A DNA stretch of 64,000 nucleotides. It comes from Phoronis australis (lineage: Eukaryota > Animalia > Phoronida). This document shows, piece after piece, positions 26,801-38,800 of this stretch. The notes beneath the pieces were generated by a model, which had not been told where the DNA came from, did no database searches, and worked only from the letters and a program-made list of their open reading frames with translations. The stretch covers positions 186,001 through 250,000 of the forward strand of contig NMRA01000433.1 of NCBI GenBank assembly GCA_002633005.1, written 5' to 3'. The translations under genes were made by a program, and so were the position numbers. The first letter of the stretch is position 1. The number at the start of each line of letters is the position of its first letter.

Positions 26801-29800
26801 CTTACATAGTTGACATGGTTCAGTGTGTAAACAGACTGACACGGAGCAAATTGACACCGCGGTGACATGAAACCCGTTTGTGTGGTAGAGCAAATTGCGC
26901 CCGAACATCTTACGCTGTGTCAGTTATAAGTCTAAATGTGAAATTGGAGCAAGGCGGAAAGAATCATCTCTACTGCGCTTGTGCAATGACCTACGTACGG
27001 GTTCTTTGTCTCTGCAACTCTCGTCATTAGTAAACCTGCGCATGTGCGATCCAGTCTCTCCAGCTTTTAATTTCCGACTGCCACGGTTAGTGAGTTGCGG
27101 GTCAATTTGCTCCGTGTCAGTTACACTGGGCCAAAAGTTGATGTCTAAACGAGACTTTGGTGACCCAAGGACTGTAAAAGCTATTTCCCAATCATATCCT
27201 GACACGGTTCACTTGAAATAACAAGGGTCACCAAAACTCAGTTTTTGGGTTATGTTGATTAAAACTCAAGAGTAACCACAGCAATAACACTCTTGTTAGT
27301 GCTATAACACTGCGTCATTTTATCTTCACTTGAGAATGAAACAAGTATGTTTCGAAATATCGTGTGTCTTTTTAATTATGTCGCTAGGTCAGTTACTGTA
27401 TCTATGTTCAGTAGATAGTAGAGTTTTGTTCAGAAAGTATGAACGCAACGGAATAAAGACCGTGAAAAATGAAAAGTGTCGTGTATTCAACAAATTCTGT
27501 ATAACAGAAAACTTGCTCCCGAAGTACAGTCTATAACAATAACAACAACAATAACAACAATAACAACAACGATAACAAAGCTAGGATAATTTAATCACTT
27601 TGCACTTAGTGCATTCTATTACTATGGGAATATTTTAACTCAACATGTTTTGTCTACCAAACCACTTTAAGTATCCCTCAGTTGCGCAAAATAACAGGGT
27701 CACATAATGCTGTTATCAAGTATACTTCATTGCATTCGAGGCCAGAGGCACAAAGAACAATAACAAACATATATACAAGCAAAGTTAATTACAGTCTAGT
27801 TAAACTATTTTCTATATGCAGAGTGGCTAAATCTAATGCGGACTTTACAATGTTTGTATCAGGAGTCTTCATAATCTTGTTGAAGTATAGGACAGGGTTA
27901 TGACTATCCAAATTTACATTGATATATTGCTGACGGAGGTCTGCATAAGCATTACACACCGACAAAAAGTGGAGTTTGCCTTCAATGTAGTTCATATTAC
28001 AGAAAACGCAAATTCTATTTGTTGTGCCTTCCTGTTTCCACTTCAAATTTCTGATTCACACAACGAAACCTAGAAAATTTTAGTATAAAATGATGAGGTA
28101 GATTAAACTGAAAGTATTCCTCTGAAGAGCAATTAAGTTTGAATGAGTTGAAAAAGAACAATTTGTTGTTTTCATGTCAACATTCCAACCTTTTAGCTAA
28201 CAATCAATCGCTCTCTGGGAAAATTGTTTTAAAAAGGTTACTTCAAATGTTACGCCTTGATTAATCCACACTTCTTAGAAACCACACTTGGACAAAAGCC
28301 ATCTGACAGGGGATTAGCCCAATTATAAAAAAATCTATGGTTACTGTCGAGAATAAATAGCATGTCATACACAGCTTGGATATACCTGCTTGACAGGAAT
28401 TTCAGTATCTTCAACCAATATTTTATATATGTGATAAAATGTTTAGTATACAGTGGATAACGCCAGCATTCACCTAATATGGCTGCATTGGAACACGAAG
28501 TGCTCACATGAGCACCATTTTAAAGAATTTCACATGGAAACCTTCTGCGCTGTCATACTCTTTAAATCCCCAGAATTCACTTCATAACAAATTGTTGAAC
28601 AAATCATTTGTAGACCGGGTGGTTTTGATATTGATCATGTAATTTAGAAATGCGTACAAGACATTTCTTCACTCCCTTTGAAAGTGTAGTGGCCACCTTT
28701 GTCAGAGAGTTTCGGAGTGACAAAAACGCTAAGGCACTTATACTGGACAATGACTTCTATCCCGCAATTTCAAACTACCAGACCTCTCTGGGTCAGTGCC
28801 TGATGCATTCAACTTGAAGAGTTCAAACACAAGAGAGTGAACAACATTCTAAGCTAGGGCAGCTAACAATGGGACAAACGTTAAGCTCAATGCTAGATTT
28901 GCTCTCCAAAAGTTTTCACCAATTTTTTTACGATACTATTAGATTTTTTTGCATTGAGACACAAATTTGGCGGGATTCTGAGTTTCGTCAACTTTCGCTA
29001 GATTAATATGGGTGAAAAAATATTCGTGACTCGCGTGAATTGCTGTTTCAATTAAAATTTTGATTGTTGTCTACAACGTTAAAACACGGGTGGCAGTGCG
29101 TATGCATGGGCTGTACTGCACTCACTGGAAGAGAAGTGTAGTGTCATCGTCTGTCAACAGGGGGCGACAGAACTTTACGGTATTTATGAGAGCTTTGAAG
29201 ATATGACCATTCGTAGAATTAGTCCCGGATATTTTTTCCGAAATATTCCTCTGACAACTAAATAGACGACAAACGAGATTATTAGAATACACGTGTGCAA
29301 AAAGGACCATTTCACATTTCTTTCAGTAAATAGTAGGTATTCTCACATCCGAATAAAACTTCAATCAGTGGGTAAGTGTGCCAATTGTGTAAATTTTGGA
29401 ACTGTAATTCTCATGAGATGGGCGTACATGATAACACTGGCACTTTTCAAGAAGTCTTGGTATAAACAAGCATTGTACTATTTTAAGGCATACCTTCCAT
29501 TTGCACACATTCCAATTATTTATTGTTAGATGTCCTTAGCCGTAGTTGCCTAAATATATTACCGTATTCGCCATAATAACTGCCCAGGGCGCTTAGAAAA
29601 GTTCGGTTTGGGGGGGACGCTTATTATAACCCAAGGCGGTTGAAACCTAGTCTCCGAAACGGGTGAAATCGGAAGCTAAGATTCATCAAATTTACGCTCT
29701 GTGACGTATATGTAATCTATGAAAGACTTTCAACAAAACTGTGGTGCATTGCTATCTAACTTTGCTGCTAAATTACGATCATTTTACAGAAAATTGTGCT

Positions 29801-32800
29801 GAAATCCCAGGGCGAAAACTCGCCGACTGACTGCCTCGAAATCGCCATCTTTGATATGGCAACTTCAATGCTTGAATAAAAATGGTTTCGACTCAAGCAA
29901 ATTACATGAAATCCTCATTAAGTTTTATAAGTAGCGTCTCTTAAGATTTTTAAGTTCCCGTGGAGTCTGGATTAACGGCAGGTTTAAGTACAAATCTGTG
30001 CAACATCGTGCCATATACATCTATAATCGGCAACACGGCGAGAAAAATGTCTGGACGAACGCACATGTTGTTGTCATGTAACGTTTGTTTTGAAGTTCGT
30101 CTGCAAGTACGCGAGCGTGTGCATGTCACCAGAGTTCATTTGCCAAAGCAGAGACCGTCTTTTGGCCAGAGCCACTCAATCTAACTAGCTAGATGTGTTT
30201 AAAGAAATTTGCACAAGCAGTAGGCTTAAACCAGAGCGTGTTTCATTCAGCACTTGCCGGTCTCGTGCTAAAACTTTCGACATTTGTCTCGGCAAGGCCC
30301 ATATTAGTCGCTGTGTAGCTGGATGCGTACGTAACTATCTGACAGTTATTTTTCGGTGTAAGGGTGTGTAAGCATTCAGTCAGTTGCCATCTACCGGATA
30401 TTCGGTTTAAAAACACCAATTATGGTTAATCAAACAACCCACCTCAAAAATAACGCAAACATGTTTTATAGTATTAGAAATTGTCGGAAATTAGTGCCAA
30501 TATTCATTTCTTGCCGATGCTATGCTACCCGTTTCATGAATGGATAGTTCCCGACTAATGTCTTTGATGACAGGTTCATGTATGTAGCGCACGCTTCCTG
30601 GCCACGTGCGTTTAACACCAAGTTATTTTTATTCATGAGACAGTCGATGTGTCTACTGAAAGGTCAGACCATAGTGGGACATGGTCGTCGCGTTGCGTTC
30701 TTTTTGAAGCGCTGCATTACTTTGAAGTGTATAGTCACGGCTAAATACAAAAGTAGCAGTGCCGCTGGTGGTGTAGAAGACCCGTGCAAAATTTTTTGGA
30801 TAAATTGAAGACATTACTGTAGCCGAGTTTTAGGACTGTAGGTACGTCATTGTTCGCATGTACACGTTCATGGACTGGGCGCTTATTTCAGCAAAGTCTG
30901 AAAACGCATGGGGGGCGCTTATAGGGGCATGGGCGGTTATTACGGCGAATACAGTATTATTATTATTATATGTGCTGCCTGTAGTTTTATTAGCTTTCCA
31001 TCTAGTCTTATTCTCTGAGGTACCACCGATTACTTTTAGTTACGAGGTACTGTAAACATTTAAATGATAGCCGCCGTTTAGTAGTGATTGTTATGGAAAG
31101 GGACAGCAGGCCAAGAGAAACAAACTCAGTTGATTATTCTGTCCATTTTGTGAACCTGGTAATTAAACACACAACGCTGCTAATCTTCTGCTTCCAGTTA
31201 GAAAAATTAAAAGCTGTAACTTAAATATAAGAGGGTAAGTTTTCAGAAATTGCAGTAGTAATAGATTGATCTATAACTTCTAATAACAATATTAAACACA
31301 GCGCCAGGCCATTACATTCACTGTAATAATGCATGGGATGGTTGCAGTCCAAGACAGCGGCAACGGGGGATACTAAAGTCTTTTCTGCATTTAACGGTAA
31401 TTGTTAAAATCTTAGATATTTTAAAAAACCGATTTCCTTGCTAAAATAGAGAAAAGTCCTCAATTTGATGCAAAAATGATGACTGGAATTTTTTTAAGTA
31501 TTTGTCTTCGCCTTACTACATTGCACATTGCTATAAATATTCAAAGTTTCACCAAACAGTGTTTGATGACAGCTAACACCATTAAGTGGCTAGAATTTCC
31601 TTAGAAGTGACCAGGTTCAGAAGTTTGACAAAATAAAATTCTGTTCATTATGAGTACAAGTTTCCACTGCATCAATGCCAATTCATCAATCCATCATTCG
31701 ACCCAGGCAGTCGACAGCACCTCAGTTGTGTTTGCATGTCACTTTTTACTGGGCGTTTTTCAATCATTTGAGCAGTAAAATTTGATCTGTGAACAAAAGA
31801 ATGAAGTTTGTGCCTAGATTTGTCAACCTCGGCATCTTCAATGGCTAGAATTTTGGTGAGTATTTTTTAAGTTGTACTTGCTAGTATTTCGAGATGCTTA
31901 GTTTGTTACTTCAATACGTATGCCAGTTAGAAAGCACTAATTCAAGTTGCGAGTTAGCAGCCTCGAGGCAAATTTCTTGAATTTTGGGTTAGCCAACTTA
32001 AAATCAGAGGAATGACCCTTTTACAGTGATCTATGAGACAAAAACCTTCCTGAAAGATACTATGCAACATCAAGGGTAGAAAAATCAAAATCATGATACG
32101 GATGGAAAACTTAACTGTGGCGAGTCCGTAAACATATTTATTACACATTTCTAAGGAGATGGAAAAATAAGTTCAGTTTCCAATTAGATTCACGGTCCCA
32201 TTTATTTATTAATGTATTGAATACTATTGTAACAAGAGTCAGCGACCTAGTCTATTGAAATAAACTAAACGTCCAACTCCAATTTTTTACAATTTTCAAT
32301 TTACAGACCTGTGCACGGTTAAATGCCCCGACATAAAATTCCAAGCTCGCCAATTTAAATGCCCAAAAGCGTTGATACAAATACGTTATAAATTCATGGT
32401 TGTCTTGATGTGAGATGTGTGCTCCCCTATCCGTCGCTCAAGTCAGTCAGACGAGCTCATAGGTGTACCTCTGCCCTCAATCTGGGAAATACAGGGAGAG
32501 TATATAATGCCCCTATTAACAAATTAGGTCACACTTTAGTACGAATGCATGCAGTGCATGAACGTAATCAAATTGGGAAGGGAAAATGAAAATCTGCAGG
32601 TTAATGACAATTTGCCAAGCTGGGTGAACGCAATGAGATGTAGAACAGCAGGTAACGTGACTGAAAGGGACACCTTCAACTAGAAGTAACCAAGACTTAA
32701 TGCAGCACAAGACCAGAGTAGACAGCAAATGGAAATGAATGGCTTTAAATACAGGTTGGTCACCACTTTGGCACCCAAGAAATTGTGAATGACTGTTGCA

Positions 32801-35800
32801 CCAGGAATTGTTGGTGGTATACCTATAATGAGATTTTGATTTTAGAAATTTTAGTTCCAACACTGGCTTGATGTAAGAACAGGCTGGAAGTTGTGTGTGT
32901 AGGGAGAGTCACACACTAGCTGTATAACAAAACCAACTGTGGGAATGTCAGTGAAAAGTGCTACCACTTAACACTAGTAAGAAAGTAAAAAAAGATGTAA
33001 TTAATTAATTTAATTATTATTATTATTACTATTATTATTTTTATTATTATTATTATTATTATTATCATTTTTATCAAAGTTGCACTTTGACCTGGTTACG
33101 ATGATGAAAATGAAAATCAAATTTTGCCTTTCATTCCCAAAAATTCGATCTCACATAATAGTCTTTACCGTTATTGAATTATTATTATGTATATCACCGT
33201 GGACTACAGAAATGCGTCAGAGTTTATTGAGGTCGGCCAACCCTAAAATGAAATTGTGGATTCAAAATGGCGCCTGCAACCGGAGTCATTGGGCGACAAT
33301 TCAAGATTGGAGAGAGTGAGTTTATGTTACAAACCCAAAAGTGCTTCGATTAAGAATTCAACACCGAGTCAGAGCTAAACAGGGACGAAAAGCAAGATAC
33401 AAAAGTGGCGTAGCCTTGTAAAGTAGTCCTTGTAAACCTTCTTCAGTGTGGCATTACATAAGGGAACCAATTTGATCGAATTTCTTAACGAAAAGAAGCA
33501 TTTAAAAAGTACACTTCTGTCAACCCCATGGTTTGTACAAAAGAGTGTCACGGAAACTCAACATTTTGATACCCTTGGAGAATGAAAAAATGCATGTTAT
33601 TTATAAGCAAAAGCAAAATTGAAAAAAGATAACCTCTTGAACTATTCTAATCCTTTTCAGAGTTGGGCAAGAAGTTGCAATTCATTTGTAAAAATAGCCA
33701 GATGAGATAACAAAATACCAATATTTCACTTATAGAGAACATGAATAAATCACACTTCCTGACTTTGTGTAAGAAATCCGACTGATAGCAACAGACTGTT
33801 TACTGAAGAAGCCATCAACCAACATGCAGGTTGTCATGGCAATGGGAGAATGCTTACGGCTTCCAAGTTAAATTAGGCTACCTACCATAGAGCTAAAATC
33901 AGTACTTATAGTCAGTGATTAACCAATAGTATGTCAGTTACACCTTGTGTTATTGAAAGAAAGCATCTTATTGACCAACTGATTAGCACGGTAAGTCTCC
34001 TTCATTATTCTTTTGCTGTTTTTGAGATAAACAAACATAAAATATCTTGTGCGGTAGAACATCAAAATAATCCGAACATAATAAAAAGTTTAACGGCGAC
34101 TTATGACATCGCTGCGCTTTAGAGGCTTTTAATTTTTGTTTGAAGTGATGTCTAAGTGATGTCTAAGTGTATCATAACGTGGGCTGTTAATTGTTGGTGT
34201 TTTCATAACCTGTCTTGACGCTAAGAAAACACCCAAGTCGCGAAAAATCGACAAAAAATCTCGAGGCTGCCCATTAGGCACGTAAGGCTAGCGTGGTGAG
34301 TTGATGTAGCCACTAACAAACCAAGGTCCCATTTTTGCAAGCTGGTACTTGAGAAATTGGACCATGGTTTGCATATACAACATAAACTGCCCTTTTGACT
34401 GATGCAAAGGATCAACGCAGAGATTTCATACTTGGATTTTCATCATTCAAACATATAATTTGTACGAGAATGAAACTTTCAGGCAGGAGTGAACATGTAC
34501 TTGAAGATTTGACTTTTCAAGGTGCACTCTATACCACGTCGGAACTTTCAGTTGGGAGTGAGCTCATGCGCAAACTTGTATCTCACCTTTTCAATTTGTT
34601 TTGGTTGGAATTCTTAGCCAGGAGATAACTCATCAAATTATGGACAAGACACATGTACAGCAAATTACTGTACTATGTGGGAATTATGACCGACAGACAC
34701 GATAACTACTTCTGCAATAAATAATTAATGTTGCTATCAAATGCCCACTACTATGGCACGGATAATCAAAATTTTGTCGAATGTTATGATTATGTGTGAC
34801 AGCTGTTGAAGCCATGCTGGTATGGAGGTAGTTTATTTTTTGTGGAAAATCTAGAAAATTCACTTCACAGTGAGTAATGTACTAATCCTGTGAAGAATGA
34901 CAAAAAATTTCATAGTTCATCTAACTTTATCATAACTGAAATTATGGCATATTAGCTTCCAATATAACTTAAAAACAATGGTGTGATGCAAGTAGGGAAC
35001 AGTCAATATGTTAAATAGATTAATCATCAGATTATTAGCGATGAACACAAGAAAATACTGAAGCTCTGCAATTGGTAATTAATTTAAGCACGGACACTTT
35101 GCTGTTCTTGCATTCAATAATGAGTGGCAAACTTTCTCCAAATCAGGACAGTGCTGCGGAATGAAGAAATTCTATTTAACTCAAATTTTGAACAAAAGTA
35201 TACAGTCGGGAAAACTAAATTCACCATTTCCAAAGCCCACTATGTGCAGTTGCCACCAACAAACACATGCAAAATTTTAAACATAACAATTCAAGCTCAG
35301 ACTTCTAAAGCTCATGATCAAATATGGAAATACACTTAGTATTTGACTAGTCAAAAAGACTGTTATTGCCCCTATTTAAAAAATGTTCATTTGTGAATAG
35401 ACTTTAAGGGTAAGACGTCAATATTTCTGTGAAGCAACACTTGTCGAGATTTGTTTTAAGTGGCATTTTCAAATTTCAAAGTCAAGGTCATCCATTTTAT
35501 CTTGATAACAGCTAAAAAAAAATTCGGTGCAAGTTCTTTAAATCAATCCATTTGTCTCAAGATGGTTTAGATCTAATTCATTCATAGTATGTCCATTCTC
35601 TTTGCCTTCATCAAGGCACTACAATTCACTAACTATAGAAATATACCCATAGTTCGACCAAAACAAATACAAAACACGTCAGCGCACATTTACGCAGGCC
35701 GCGCTACATGATTAAGCTTTTACTTGGTAAGGTGTGTAATTATAATATACATCTCTTTCTCCGCAGTATGGTAATGGCTGACAATGTCAGCTCGACCCAT

Positions 35801-38800
35801 GAGAAGGAAGAAGAAGACATACGAGGCAGGATACGTACCATTGTTTACGTCTATTGCTTAGCAACAATCATAGTCATCGGCATCATCTTCAATGTGCTCA
35901 ACATCATTGTACTCGTACAGAGGTCCATGAAGTCCAATGTTTACCTCTACCTACGCATTATGTCTTTCTCCGACCTTCTGGCACTTATTTTTGATATTAC
36001 CTACGCTGCTAACCTCTATGCCCGTCGTCCCAAGTCAACATTCGGTGAGGCCTTCTTTGGTGCTCACCTGGAGTTCTTTCTCAAACAGTCGTGTAATTCC
36101 ACAAGTAAGCTGCTAACAATGCTCACTGCCATCGAACGCTACATAGCATTGTGTCACCCACACAAAGCACCGACAATTTGCACCCGTAGACGAACCGTGT
36201 ACCAGATAGTGTGCGCCATATGTGTGGCCATACTGTTCAACATACCACGGATATGGGAACGCAAAATCGAGCCATTTGTCGACCCGGTGACGAACCGGAC
36301 TATGTACAACGACAAGGTGCTGTCGGAATTCTCAAAAGGAGACTACTACACATTCCATAAATACCTCTACACCTCCCTGTTTATGTTTCTACCACTGATC
36401 ACACTAGCCGTCCTAAACACACGCATAATCATCGCATTGCGACAGTACAGTAGAGTGAAGGAAGGGATGACTAGCCAATCAGACGAGCAAAAGAAAGAAC
36501 AGCGTCGCACCACCATGGTTCTCATCATGGTTGTTATAGCCTTTCTCATTCTCATCACACCGGGAGCCATAGCCTATATACTACAAAATGACGAAAGTTT
36601 TGGTGTCTTTGTATTCGTCTGCATCAGTGACCTTATGGGCGAGCTGAATTTTGCTATCAATTTTCTGATCTACATCACGTTCAACAAAACATTCCGAACA
36701 GTGTTCATTGCTGTGTTCACACCCAAGAAACGACGAGGGCAAGAGATCATCGCAGTATCAGTGCTGCCCTCTCGTGCTGAAGGTAATAAAGCCTTGACGA
36801 GCAACCCGCAGGTGAAACGTAATCAAGTCCAGCCTCAAAACAATGCAGGGTCAAGTAACGATCACGGGGAAACAGGGCCCAGTGACCTGCATATGTGACA
36901 GCAGAAACTTATTTGGCCCCAACTCTGCATAATCTAAACTTACAATATTTGTTTTGTAGCAAGACACTAAAATCTTGCTAAACCATGGCAGTGTGTTGAT
37001 AGAGTTGTGTGGTTGTTGTAACTTTTATGAGACCAAGGTCTGGAAATGTAACTGGCATAATTAGGTGTAGGACTACGCCACATCAACATGCATAATATAT
37101 ATACCTGAGTGGTTTCACCATGTGAATAGTATTTTATGGATAGTCTAGTTTTGAAATCCACCATGTGGAAGAATATATACTGGTGGTTCACAACAATGGA
37201 GCCAGAATGTGAAGGATTTTCAAGAAAACAAACAGGATCTGTATCATAAACCAAACTTGAGAGACATCAAAAACTAATACGATTACTACGTTTGACTAAT
37301 TGGTCAGATTACTGATATGTCTACGGTCTGCAAAATTGGCAAAGATAACTCAAAGCCTATTGTTTCTGCCTGAATCAGATGCAGCGTGGTACTACGGAGG
37401 CCATTTTTTAAAATTTTCTCTCAACAGTTGAGGGATCTTTCTGGAACTTGGTGGGTGAATTAATCTCAAGTGATATTTGTAATTTGACATAATATTATGT
37501 TTATTACAACCACTTAAAGCTCTAGAGTTATTCCCCCTGGGATTTTCTAGCGAATGTTCGTTTGTGACCAATCATACCTTACATTTTTGTTGATTGACGC
37601 CTGTTGTAGGCTGCCACTCTTATTTGGAGTGCGTGAAATTTACAACCATCATGGTTCTTATCAATAGTTCAATGTCTATTGTTTTTGGTTGAAATCGAAA
37701 GTAAGCTGGCGCCGGATCAGCCATCTTGTAATTTTTGTCTCTATATGCTCAGGTGTCCTTTGATAGATTTTTTGAAACTTGATATACGAGTTGATCTCAC
37801 CAGAAGCTGCACGATGTGTGTAAACATTCCCTCCTATGGCTTACAGTTCTAGAGAAGGTTGTAATTTTTTAGTGAAAGCAGTTTAGACCAAGTTCATTAA
37901 ACTTAGCTTGCAGATATTGCCAGGGACTTACCAAACAAAATTTATGTTTTATAAAGTGTCTAATAGTAAATGTTTATATTGTTTGAATTTTGTGTTACTG
38001 TTAAATAAATTCAAGTTCATGTTTCTGTATAAAAAAATTGATTTGAAATAGGTTTTATTTAAAGTTCTTGGTTAGATCACGGCTCTGTAGGCCAGTTGGC
38101 AAGACGGAAATCCCCGTGCATTGTCTGTTAGGTCAGGTGTTTGAACTGCACAGATGTCTCTATTTTCTTTTCTTTCACACTCAATTGTAAATAATGTTAA
38201 CTATCCGTTGATGTCCATACCACACACTGATTTTGAAGATGAGATTTGAACAGTTAGTTTTTTAGAACTGTTCTTTACAATGAATGCACTTTGCCTTTTG
38301 CAATACAACAAAAAGCGATGCAGCAATTCCAAAGAGCAATATAGGTGGATTTTGGGGGTCATGCCATTTTCAGGTCTCACGTGAACGTTATCCCTTGAAA
38401 AAAGTGGTTGGGCTCCCTTATGACCTCCTGCAATACACGGAAAAAATACTCACACAAAATGACCTGGAAATCCCGGTCATGGAGACCAAGCGGAAGCCAG
38501 ATTCATCAACAGAGTGGTCTTCCTTCATGACCGAGAAATTTCTGCCATCAGGTAGTTATTTCCGTAATTGTTGATGTTAACAGAACTAGCCAACATGACT
38601 GGAAATTATATTTTATCTGATCACTTTTGTCAAGCACTGTAGATAATACAGTGAGAACTACACTCGCTACATAAGCCATCTCCACTATGGTCTTTTTCAT
38701 GATCCATCGTCATCAACAATTTCTTAATTAAGATCAACCTTTCACTTTGCGAAGTGCTGCACATAAGGGCAGTTTCTATTACTGGACTTACGGTTACATA

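Noticed and set aside
35708-35767. First 20 codons of the 396-aa GPCR ORF
   Set aside because: They overlap a polypyrimidine tract and CAG acceptor, so they are most likely intronic; ATG 35768 preferred.
38081-38150. tRNA-like 5' end (GGCTCTGTAGGCCAGTTGG)
   Set aside because: No intact B box or cloverleaf; at most a decayed SINE head.
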